From positions 2,275,928 through 2,339,927 of the forward strand of contig OZ244587.1 of the NCBI GenBank assembly GCA_965218095.1: a DNA stretch of 64,000 nt, given 5' to 3'. Position numbers and translations under genes: made by a program. A model generated the notes under the pieces. The model saw nothing but the letters and a program-made list of their open reading frames with translations. It did not search any database and was not told the origin of the DNA. This document shows positions 38,225 through 46,786 of the stretch, piece by piece. The DNA is from Candidatus Poribacteria bacterium. Lineage in GTDB: Bacteria > Poribacteria > WGA-4E > PCPOR2b. The first letter of the stretch is position 1, and every line of letters begins with the position of its first letter.

Positions 38225-38257
38225 AACCTTGCGAAGGTTTGAAACCTTCGCAAGGTT
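38225..38257. repeat. Palindromic element AACCTTGCGAAGGTT-TGA-AACCTTCGCAAGGTT, copy 1
   Basis: Perfect 15-bp arms, followed by TT. A second copy lies at 61264..61294. Confidence 0.85.
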
Positions 38258-38279
38258 TTGGGCCACAGAGAATGTTGTT

Positions 38280-39505
38280 ATGAAGATTCGTTCAACAATT
38301 ATATCTTTATCCATTTTCGCCCTCATTATGGCAATGGGGTGTGCCGACAATCCAACAGGTGAGCCTGATGCAGACACCACCGAAAGCACTTTCCTCAACG
38401 CAGACACCCAGGTTGCGATGGCGCCCCAGCAGCCTGCAGGAGATCAACCCTCTGCACGCTTACTCGCCTTTTTCCCTGAGTTTTTCCCTGATGGCGTTGA
38501 GCATTCAATCCCGTTAGATGAAATCTTTCACGGCGGCCCACGCAAAGATGGGATTCCTGCTTTGACAAATCCGAAGACAATTCCGGCGGAGGCGGCAGAT
38601 TATTTGCGCGACATAGATATTGTCCTTGGAATGACCATCAACGGAGAAAGCCGCGCATATCCGCTGCGCATCCTGAATTGGCACGAGATCACCAACGACA
38701 CGCTTGGCGGCAGACGGATTGTGGTGACGTTTTGCCCGTTGTGCGGTACGGGTATCGTTTTGATCCGGTTGTCGATGGTGAAGTAATTGAATTCGGCGTA
38801 TCTAGCATGCTCCACAACAACGATCTGTTGATGTATGATAGAGGGACGGATACGCCGAGTTTATGGCAGCAGGCTCTCGGTGAGGCAGTTGTTGGTCCAA
38901 AGACAGGGACGTTACTCGATTTACTGCCAGTCACGCAGGCACAATGGGGCGAGTGGAACGCTGGCCATCCAGAGACAACCGTGCTCAGTACAAAGACCGG
39001 TTTCGATCGACGTTACGACGTCAATCCTTATGCGGACTATGAGTCGAACCCGGACCTATTTTTTCCACTTTCTGGTGAGGAGGATGGGCGACTGAGCCGG
39101 AAAACAAAAGTCCTCGGTCTGCGCATAGGTGACACGAACAAGGCTTGTGTTTTGGATCAACTTCGTCAAATGCAGGTTGTCAATGATGAAGTCACCGGCG
39201 TTCCGATTGTCCTGATCGCAAGCTCCGATTCAGATTCAGTCCGTGTTTACGAGCGGAGAAAACACCAATTTGATGGCAATCTGGACGGGATTGTGAACAT
39301 CAATACGAATGGTGTCTGGGAAATTTCGGAGGAGACGCTCTCTAATCCGAAAACTGGTGACTTGCTTGAACGCATCCCTCAAGCGTTTGTTTCATTCTGG
39401 TTTGCCTGGTTCAGTTTTTACCCGGACACCCTTGTCTTTGAGGGCCCCGCCAATTTTGATCCAGACGAAAGATTATTCACAACCTGGGGAGAAATCAAGC
39501 GTTAG
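38280..39505 (+). pseudogene. DUF3179-domain lipoprotein, single frameshift in a T4 run
   Basis: MKIRSTIISLSIFALIMAMGCADN lipobox. ...VVTFCPLCGTGIV then the frame changes at TTTT 38768..38771 and continues FDPVVDGEVIEFGVSSMLHNNDLLMYDRGTDTPSLWQQ... Confidence 0.7.
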
Positions 39506-39662
39506 CTAACCTCATTTTTCGCTTGGCACAAAATGACTTTCATTGTATAATGCTTGTAATCCAAGCAGGCGGTCGAGCAAAAGCAACGCGGTGAAGCAAG
39601 GAGCTCAAAGCGTTGGAATGAATTCGTCCGTTCCCCAAAATGAAACAACGAAAGGAAAAATC

Positions 39663-40484
39663 ATGAGAAGATTAGCACGTTATGCCCTGATTTTGGGCAT
39701 TATCACATTGATGATTTTATTGACAGGGGTTTTCGCCGCTGATAATCCTTGCAACCCGTGCAACCCCTGTGGTGGCAAAAATCCTTGTAACCCTTGTAAT
39801 CCCTGCAACCCTTGTGCGGGGATGAAACATTTTACGGTCAATGACCCCAAAGGTAGAGACGTGCTCACCTTCGAGTCCAAGGCGCCGCTGGAAAAAATCG
39901 TTGGCACAAGCAGCAAAATTATGGGCCACGTTCACGTCAATCCCAAGGACGTTACCAAGGGTTTGAAGGCGATGTTTGAAGTAGATCTCGCTAGCATGAC
40001 AACGGGAATTGGTCTTCGCGATCAGCACATGCAGGATAAGTTCCTGGAGACAGGCAAGTATCCTAAAGCAACGCTCACCATAGACAAGGTAACCTCAGCT
40101 TCTCCTAAGATGCTCATGGATATGAAGCCCATCGCAGTAAACGCTGCAGGCACTTTAGATCTACACGGGGTTAAGAAGAAGGTTCAACTGAAAGATGTGA
40201 CGGTCACTTACTTTAAGGAAAGTGAAGCCACCCAGGGTAAGATGCCGGGGGATCTCCTAATAATCAACGGTGGCTTTTCACTGAAGCTCCCCGATTACAA
40301 TATCAAAGTTCCCCAGGTGATCGTTCTCAAGTTGGACGAGACGATCAAGGTAAGCGTGGATTTGACCAGTTCAACTGCGGCAGGGGGTGCGAGTCCGTGT
40401 AATCCGTGCAATCCCTGTAACCCTTGCGCTGGGAAAAACCCCTGCAACCCGTGCAATCCATGCAACCCTTGCAGTGGGAAGTAG
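39663..40484 (+). CDS. Secreted YceI-like domain protein flanked by (Asn-Pro-Cys)n repeat blocks
   Basis: Signal peptide [26 protein letters not shown], then [27 protein letters not shown]. YceI core has [20 protein letters not shown] and [13 protein letters not shown]-terminus is [30 protein letters not shown]. Confidence 0.75.
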   Translation: MRRLARYALILGIITLMILLTGVFAADNPCNPCNPCGGKNPCNPCNPCNPCAGMKHFTVNDPKGRDVLTFESKAPLEKIVGTSSKIMGHVHVNPKDVTKGLKAMFEVDLASMTTGIGLRDQHMQDKFLETGKYPKATLTIDKVTSASPKMLMDMKPIAVNAAGTLDLHGVKKKVQLKDVTVTYFKESEATQGKMPGDLLIINGGFSLKLPDYNIKVPQVIVLKLDETIKVSVDLTSSTAAGGASPCNPCNPCNPCAGKNPCNPCNPCNPCSGK

Positions 40485-40565
40485 CAGAAAACGTAGCAGC
40501 ATTTGATTATGTCTTACGCTTTATGGACTTGTTGAGGTCTCTAACCTTCGCTGCGGTTTGGTACG

Positions 40566-41336
40566 ATGAAAAGACTGGAAAAGACCTGGTATTTGAAGCG
40601 TTTTAACCTTTTTAAGAGTTTGACCGATAGAGAAATCGGCGTTGTGGATCGCATTTCATACATGAAAGGCTATAGCCGCCGTGAACAAATATACGGCCAA
40701 AGCGATCCGGGGGATGTGGTCTACCTGCTCAAAGAGGGGCGGGTCAAGATTTACAAGCTTTCGCCTGACGGAAAGGAGTTGACACTGGCAGTTCTTGAAT
40801 CCGGCGAAATCTTCGGTGAGATGGCGTTGATTGACGAAGGACCCCGTGACACAATTGCAGAGACACTGGAAGAGTCACTTGTCTGTGTCATACGCCGTCG
40901 AGATTTTGAACTCCTGTTGAAAAAGAAGCCGGATTTGGCGATGCACGTCACCAAGCTCATCGGGCTGCGAAGGCGAAAGATCGAAAACCAACTCGAAAAC
41001 TTAGTGTTCCGGAATGCCCCCTCCCGGCTCGCCATCCTGCTGATGTCCTTAGCAGACAAGCACGGGGTTCGTGATAGTCGCGGAATCATCCTGAATGTGA
41101 AACTCTCGCAACAGGAATTGGCAAATTTAATCGGAACAGCGCGTGAAACGACGAGCGCGCTTCTCAATGAATTCAAACGGCTTGGTATGATAGACATCCA
41201 AAGCCGTCGGATCAAGATTCTCGATCAGTGGCGCCTCAAAAAAATTGCAGATGCAAAGATAAGAGCGTTTCCAATCGAGACCGAAACCGAAAGTGAGATC
41301 GAATCTGCCGTTTCGACGCATTCAACAAATCCCTAA
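40566..41336 (+). CDS. Crp/Fnr family transcriptional regulator
   Basis: cNMP-binding region (VYLLKEGRVKIYKLSPDGKELTLAVLESGEIFGE) and HTH (SQQELANLIGTARETTSALLNEFKRLGMI). It has a C-terminal tail of about 35 aa. Confidence 0.85.
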   Translation: MKRLEKTWYLKRFNLFKSLTDREIGVVDRISYMKGYSRREQIYGQSDPGDVVYLLKEGRVKIYKLSPDGKELTLAVLESGEIFGEMALIDEGPRDTIAETLEESLVCVIRRRDFELLLKKKPDLAMHVTKLIGLRRRKIENQLENLVFRNAPSRLAILLMSLADKHGVRDSRGIILNVKLSQQELANLIGTARETTSALLNEFKRLGMIDIQSRRIKILDQWRLKKIADAKIRAFPIETETESEIESAVSTHSTNP

Positions 41337-41450
41337 GGAATAGCAACTAAGTTAGTCATTTGATGAGTTGGCTTTCGACCCCATCTAACTCCCCTCCGGT
41401 AAATCGAGAGTCCAAGACCTTCGCAAGTCCTTGAATCCTGCGCAGCGGGG

Positions 41451-41694
41451 GCAGGAGAACTATTCCTCCTCTCGATCAGCATTGACCCGGCTGCAAATGA
41501 GGGTTACTATCTGCATTACCAGCTAGCCGGTACATATTCTCTCAAAGATGAAAGGACATTAGCTATTGAATCACTTCAGAAGGCGATTACTCTGAATATG
41601 GAAACCATAAAATGGGCAAAAACGGACAAACAAGGATTTTGACAATATCCGTAAGAGTCCAGAGTTTCAGCAGCTTATCAACTCAGTTGAGTAG
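41451..41694 (+). pseudogene. TPR-protein C-terminal remnant (no start, one frameshift)
   Basis: ..SIDPAANEGYYLHYQLAGTYSLKDERTLAIESLQKAITLNMETIKWAKTDKQGF*, then in the next frame DFDNIRKSPEFQQLINSVE*. Confidence 0.35.
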
Positions 41695-41864
41695 GTATTA
41701 GCAACAGCACAAAGCCGCTTGAGCATTGACGTTTCACCCACGCCCACTATTTTTGACGCTTATCAAAGAACCGATAAGGCTAGTTATCGGCAGTTAGAAA
41801 TTCCCCATGAGAACCTTCGGAAGGTTCGGCAGCGGATTTGACCGCAAATTTAATTGCCTGCCAA

Positions 41865-42710
41865 TTAAACCCGCACAAACTTCTGGAATCGCTTTTCGGA
41901 AATGACCTCGCTGACATAGATATCGCCATGGGAATCGATCCAGATACCGTGCGGCGAATCGCTAAACTGTCCTGGCTCAGTGCCTTTCTCGCCCCAACGT
42001 GTGATCAGCTCCCCTTCAAGCGTCATAACCGTGATGCGCTGTCCACCCTCGGCGATATGGATGACATCGTCCGGATCGATGAACAGATCATTGGGCGAAC
42101 GGAGATCCCCCCATTCTGTGAGATATTCTCCGTTTGAGTTGAAGATTTGACAGCGGAGGTTTCCACGGTCTAAAATGTAGACCCGATCGTTTTTGTCCAC
42201 CGTGACATCATGGGGCAGATTAAACTCGCCAGGACCTGACCCCGGCGTGCCCCAGGATACAATCACTTCGCCATCGGGCATCAAGCGATGGACGCGCGAC
42301 TGGCCATAGCCATCAGAAACATAGATCTCACCTGATTGGGATAGGATGGCGCGGGTTGGTCGATTAAATGGCTGTCCTGGTGGTCCCGGTCGATCAGTTA
42401 TCCCCCACGTCTGCAGAAGTTCTCCAGAAAGCGAGAATTTCCGAACGGTGTGATCTGCGGTATCTGTTGTGTAGATTTCATCGTCTGGACTGATCCAAAC
42501 GCCGTGCGGTTTTTTGAAAAGGGCCTCTCCCCAGGCCCCGAGGAATTCGCCATCTCGTTCAAAAACAAGCATGGCGGGTTGAGGCTGCCGATTGAACACA
42601 TAAACGCGATCTTCAGAGTCGCAAGCGACACCAGAAGCAAGCCCTAACTGCGGTATCTGTCCCCAGTCTTCTACAACTTCGTATCGATAATCGCCACTAC
42701 CATAAATCAT
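41865..42710 (-). CDS. NHL-repeat six-bladed beta-propeller protein (PAL-like)
   Basis: Repeated D-IYV-D / H-V-- blades: DRVYVFNR, DEIYTTDTADHTVRKF, GEIYVSDGYGQSRVHR, DRVYILDRGNLRCQIF, DVIHIAEGGQR and GDIYVSE. Confidence 0.7.
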   Translation of the reverse strand: MIYGSGDYRYEVVEDWGQIPQLGLASGVACDSEDRVYVFNRQPQPAMLVFERDGEFLGAWGEALFKKPHGVWISPDDEIYTTDTADHTVRKFSLSGELLQTWGITDRPGPPGQPFNRPTRAILSQSGEIYVSDGYGQSRVHRLMPDGEVIVSWGTPGSGPGEFNLPHDVTVDKNDRVYILDRGNLRCQIFNSNGEYLTEWGDLRSPNDLFIDPDDVIHIAEGGQRITVMTLEGELITRWGEKGTEPGQFSDSPHGIWIDSHGDIYVSEVISEKRFQKFVRV

Positions 42711-42793
42711 GGTGATTGTTCCTCCTCATCTATTTTTTACTACACTGCCCGCATAAACATCCGGGCGACCTCATGAATGGAGCGAAATAGTTA

Positions 42794-42940
42794 TACGAGT
42801 TTTTCACTTATACCTGTTTGGATTTGAAATGATGGATTGAGATGCTGAAACGGAAGAAAGGAAGGAGGGAGGAAAAGGTGATTCTTCCCTTTCTTCCATC
42901 CTTCCTTTCCTTCCAACCCGCCCTAACTGAAAGAGTCGTA
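42794..42940. mobile_element. MITE-like element, copy 1 (147 bp) with a 7-bp target-site duplication
   Basis: TIRs TACGAGTTTTTCACTTA (42794..42810) and TAACTGAAAGAGTCGTA (42924..42940), 15/17 complementary. Flanked by ATAGTTA at 42787..42793 and 42941..42947. No ORF. Confidence 0.75.
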
Positions 42941-43046
42941 ATAGTTAAGCACTTCTGCTACCCTATACGGAGTTACGAAATGAACCACTGACTGACGCAA
43001 GCCGTGTCACCCACGATTCGTCGATTCGCCGATCTGTTGACTTACC

Positions 43047-43934
43047 CTACTCCTCCCGAAAGAGCCCCAGCAATTTCAACTGCACAACTGAAACCACAGC
43101 GATGATGAAGAAGAGCACCCAACCGATTGCTGCAGCATAGCCTAGCCGCATAAACTGAAACCCGTTTTTATAGAGGTACATCACGATCGTTGATCCGGCA
43201 TCTGCAGGTTCACCGCCGCCGGTTAAGATAAACGGCAAGTCGAAGAGTTGCAGGGACCCGATCATCGACACGACGACCACGAACGCGATAACAGGACGCA
43301 ACGACGGTAGGGTGACGTGGATAAACGTCTGCCACCAGTTTGCCCCATCAACGGCAGCGGCTTCGTAGAGTTCTTGTCGGACGCCCTGTAATCCCGCCAG
43401 AAAATAGATCATGTTAAACCCTGTCCACTGCCAAACACTTGTCAAGATGACTGCTGGCATCACGTGCTTTTCTTCGCTCAACCATCCAATCTCTTTGCCA
43501 AACAGAACGAACTCGTTGTTTACCAGACCAGATCGCTGGTCGTAGATCAGGTTAAAGATAATCGCAACAAAAACACCCGCGACTAACACAGGCGTGAAGA
43601 AGGCGAGGCGGAGAAAGTGCTTCCCCTTCACAAATCTCGAATTGAGCAAAATCGCCAGCAGCAAGGCTAACGGCAATTGAATCGTCAGTGTGCCAAGCGC
43701 AAAGTAACAGGTATTCCAGAGCGACTTCCAGAAAATCGGATCATGAAACGCATCCCCAAAATTACCCAGGCCAACGAAGATCCGGCTTTGGAGCCCCCGC
43801 ATCTCGTACAGACTCATGACCAGTGACGATATGAGCGGATACCCCATGAACAGGACAAAGAGAATATAGAAGGGGGCAATGAAAATATAAGGGGCAATCT
43901 TCTGTTGACGATACCATAAATTACGTGAGTTCAT
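43047..43934 (-). CDS. Carbohydrate ABC transporter permease (MalF/UgpA type)
   Basis: 295 aa with 6 TM segments and an EAA-like loop (ELYEAAAVDGANWWQTFIHVTLPSLRP). Confidence 0.85.
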   Translation of the reverse strand: MNSRNLWYRQQKIAPYIFIAPFYILFVLFMGYPLISSLVMSLYEMRGLQSRIFVGLGNFGDAFHDPIFWKSLWNTCYFALGTLTIQLPLALLLAILLNSRFVKGKHFLRLAFFTPVLVAGVFVAIIFNLIYDQRSGLVNNEFVLFGKEIGWLSEEKHVMPAVILTSVWQWTGFNMIYFLAGLQGVRQELYEAAAVDGANWWQTFIHVTLPSLRPVIAFVVVVSMIGSLQLFDLPFILTGGGEPADAGSTIVMYLYKNGFQFMRLGYAAAIGWVLFFIIAVVSVVQLKLLGLFREE

Positions 43935-44106
43935 GATTATCCCTCATTGTAGAGCGAGTAGTGCTCGTCCGAGAATCGAGGCTCAACCTGCTCATCCAGA
44001 AAACAGGTGATTCGAGCAAGTTCAGAGCATGTTCGACGAAACAACTTGTCAGCATGTTCCACTTTATCTATCACCCCACGACCAATGTGCAGGGCGTAAT
44101 ATGTCA

Positions 44107-44148
44107 GTCACCTTTCACGCTTCACGCTTCACGTTTCATGCCTCACAT
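44107..44148. repeat. Heptamer array, best example (6 units)
   Basis: Minus-strand sense: ATGTGAG GCATGAA ACGTGAA GCGTGAA GCGTGAA AGGTGAC. The first TGA is the frame-corrected stop of the SBP gene. Confidence 0.7.
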
Positions 44149-45498
44149 CTCTCCCCATCGTTGTTGACCTTTACGCATCAGCGAACGAACTTTCTCTGCG
44201 ACCGCCTTCAACGCCACTTCCGCTGTCTGCTTCTGCGTGACGACAGCGAAGATCGCATCGTTCAACAGATCTTCGGCTTCTGACCAGTATGGATTCTGGT
44301 GGTGCGGAGGAATATTCACCGCAAGTTTTGTGAACAGTTTGCCGAGCTGCTGTCCACCGAGATACGGGTCTGGCTCACTAAAAATCGGCGCGTCTCACGC
44401 CGCCTTGAGAGGAGGGATAATCCGCGTCTTCTCGTAACGGTTGACTAAGCCTTGTTGATCAAAATAGGTGAACTTCAAGAATTCCCACGCAAGCTCTGGG
44501 TTACTGCACTGCCGGGTGATGCCGATCATCGTGCCACCGCGAGTTGTTGTACGTCGTCCGCCGACCTCCCACGCCGGCAAGCCGATTGCTCGCCACCTAC
44601 CGACCATTTGTGGTGCCTGGCTTTTCAGGATGCCAACGTACCAATCAGGCGCCATAATTGAGAGGATTTGCCCCTCTTGCATGGCGGCAAAGTTGCTTGG
44701 ATCCCCGTGCCATGTGCCAAAAACAGGCGTCGCGATCCGGTATTTGTTGAACATATCGGTGAAGAACTCCAGGGTGTCGATTGCCAGTTTACTGTCTATA
44801 ATCACGTTGCCAGCCGGATCAAAGAATCCTCCACCACGTTGCAGCAAAAGGTTAAAATAATCACTCAATGACCGCCGATCCAGTACAATTGCGTATTGAT
44901 CGATGTCCCCATCGCTATCCAGATCGCGGGTCGCTTTCTGCCCGGCTTCGATAAAATCCACCCACGTTTCCACCTGTGTCAGGTCTACACCTGCCGATTT
45001 GAAGAGATCATCGCGGTAAAGCAGAACGACGGGATGCAGGTCGTGAGGTATCCCGTAAATCCGTCCACGATACGACCAGGGCGTGAATCGGCTGACGACC
45101 AGCTTTTCCATCCAACCTTCACTTTCGAGACGTTGACGCAGATCGATAAAACCGACCTCATTGATTGCGCCCTTGAGAAAACGTCCAATCGATGCGATTT
45201 CGACTTCAACGAGATCTGGTGCGCCAAAATTAGATAGCAAGGCCGTCAGGAGCTTATCGTGCATTGACCCACCGAAATTGGTCAGCCGGACCTGAACGCC
45301 GGGGTGCTCTGCCTGGAAGAGCGGCACGCGTGTCTGATACTCCTCGTAGTGGGTGCTGGCAAAAACCCAAAATTCGAGTTTCTCACTCTGCTCGGACGAT
45401 CTTGCTAAGATCAGAATTGTGGAAAGCAGGAACAAGATCAACATGACCATTGGTCCTTTGCCAAGTGGAAAACTCTCAAAATCGCTAGCTTGGAACAT
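44143..45498 (-). pseudogene. ABC transporter extracellular solute-binding protein, single frameshift near its C-terminal quarter
   Basis: ORF 44395..45498 ends ..IIPPLKAA*. The next frame continues DAPIFSEPDPYLGGQQLGKLFTKLAVNIPPHHQNPYWSEAEDLLNDAIFAVVTQKQTAEVALKAVAEKVRSLM.. to the TGA at 44143..44145. Restoring TGG for TGA at 44395..44397 would fix it. Confidence 0.7.
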
Positions 45499-45576
45499 AA
45501 CACCCTCTTAGATTTCAGTTCGCAGCGGGCAACGTGTGGGTTTTTGATAACACGCCTGGATTTGGGGGAAATGTGC

Positions 45577-45605
45577 TTGACATGCAATCTATCAGTCGTT
45601 AAAAT
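45577..45605 (+). promoter_or_regulatory. Promoter candidate: TTGACA, 17-nt spacer, TAAAAT
   Basis: Read directly, 67 nt upstream of the FmdB-like gene. Confidence 0.5.
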
Positions 45606-45671
45606 ATATCAGATTTCGACATTTTTCGCAATGTTTGTTGCAAAATAACCGACAGGAGGAATCTCAGTTAT

Positions 45672-45974
45672 ATGCCGACATACGAGTATAAATGTCTGGA
45701 TTGTGGCGTCCAATTTGATCGGTTTCAAAGCATCACCGAAGATCCAATCCATGAATGTCCAGAATGCTCAGGTCAGGTTAAGCGACTCATTGGCGCTGGA
45801 GCAGGGTTAATCTTTAAGGGGTCAGGTTTCTACATTACAGACTATCGCAGCGAAGGTTACAAGGAGAGCGCGAAAAAAGACAAGGAATCACCGTCGGGTA
45901 GCAGCAAGGACAGCAAAAGCGGAGATAGCAAAAGCAGTGACACTTCCAAAGCCACTTCAGATTCAGACGTTTAA
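45672..45974 (+). CDS. FmdB-family zinc-ribbon putative regulatory protein
   Basis: MPTYEYKCLDCGVQFDRFQSITEDPIHECPECSG (CxxC..CxxC). Low-complexity Ser/Lys/Asp tail. Confidence 0.8.
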   Translation: MPTYEYKCLDCGVQFDRFQSITEDPIHECPECSGQVKRLIGAGAGLIFKGSGFYITDYRSEGYKESAKKDKESPSGSSKDSKSGDSKSSDTSKATSDSDV

Positions 45975-46045
45975 GTATACAAAGCATCCTGGATGTGATT
46001 TCCAAATATTTGACCCGACATCCTTTTTCAAAATCATCAACTTAG

Positions 46046-46755
46046 TCTGGAGGTAACATCACGACCAATGACAAGCCCAATGCACAGATTCAAGAACAGT
46101 TAGATGCCTTGTATCAAGAATTTGCCCAGCAGCTTCCTGATAAAATCTGCGAAATCGAAACTATCTGGGAGGGGCTCCACCACGGCCAATGGGATAATGA
46201 GGTTGCCAAAATCCTGCTTCGCCTGACCCATGGGCTGACTGGCTCCGGTGCGTCCTTTGGTTTTACTGTTGTCAGCGATGCGATGCGTATGCTTGAAAGT
46301 GAGCTCGTTTCCATCATTGAAAGCGCTATTCCATCGACAGACGCACAGCGAACCCAAATCAACCGAGACCTTAATGCGTTGGAACCGGCAAAGGAAGCGG
46401 TCAACCAGACCCATCCGGCAGCAATTATTATAGACGTTGTATTCCCCGAAGGCAACTGCTGGCACTGAAATTATTGCCGAAATCCAGCAATAGCGTGAAA
46501 CACCGATACCTGTCGTTTTTATGTCTACACGTGGCGATTTGACTGCTCGCTTACACTCGCTTACAGGTGGTTCGTGCCAGCAGGAACGCTTATTTCACCA
46601 AGCCAATTGACATCAGCGGGATGATTGACAAACTCAACACGCTAACAGGACACGAGGAAGCAGATCCGTACCACATCCTTATCGTTGATGATGATTCGGT
46701 ATGCGCAATACGAAATACGCAACACGGAAGCTTTGATTCGTTAGACGAATTGTGA
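46046..46755 (+). pseudogene. Wreck of an Hpt-REC-REC signalling protein
   Basis: Hpt part (LRLTHGLTGSGASFGF) ends at the TGA at 46466..46468. The next frame gives GTEIIAEIQQ*RETPIPVVFMSTRGDLTARL with TAG at 46491..46493. A third frame gives YFTKPIDISGMIDKLNTL...YHILIVDDDS and then stops. No ATG start; an ATC follows GGAGGT at 46049. Confidence 0.55.
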
Positions 46756-46786
46756 ACCATCCCAAAATGATAGTTAAGGAGCAGGT

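Noticed and set aside
42941-43046. Remnant of a second ABC permease just downstream of the first.
   Set aside because: Only about 100 nt is available and my hand translations in all frames hit stops within 15 codons with no convincing permease motif.
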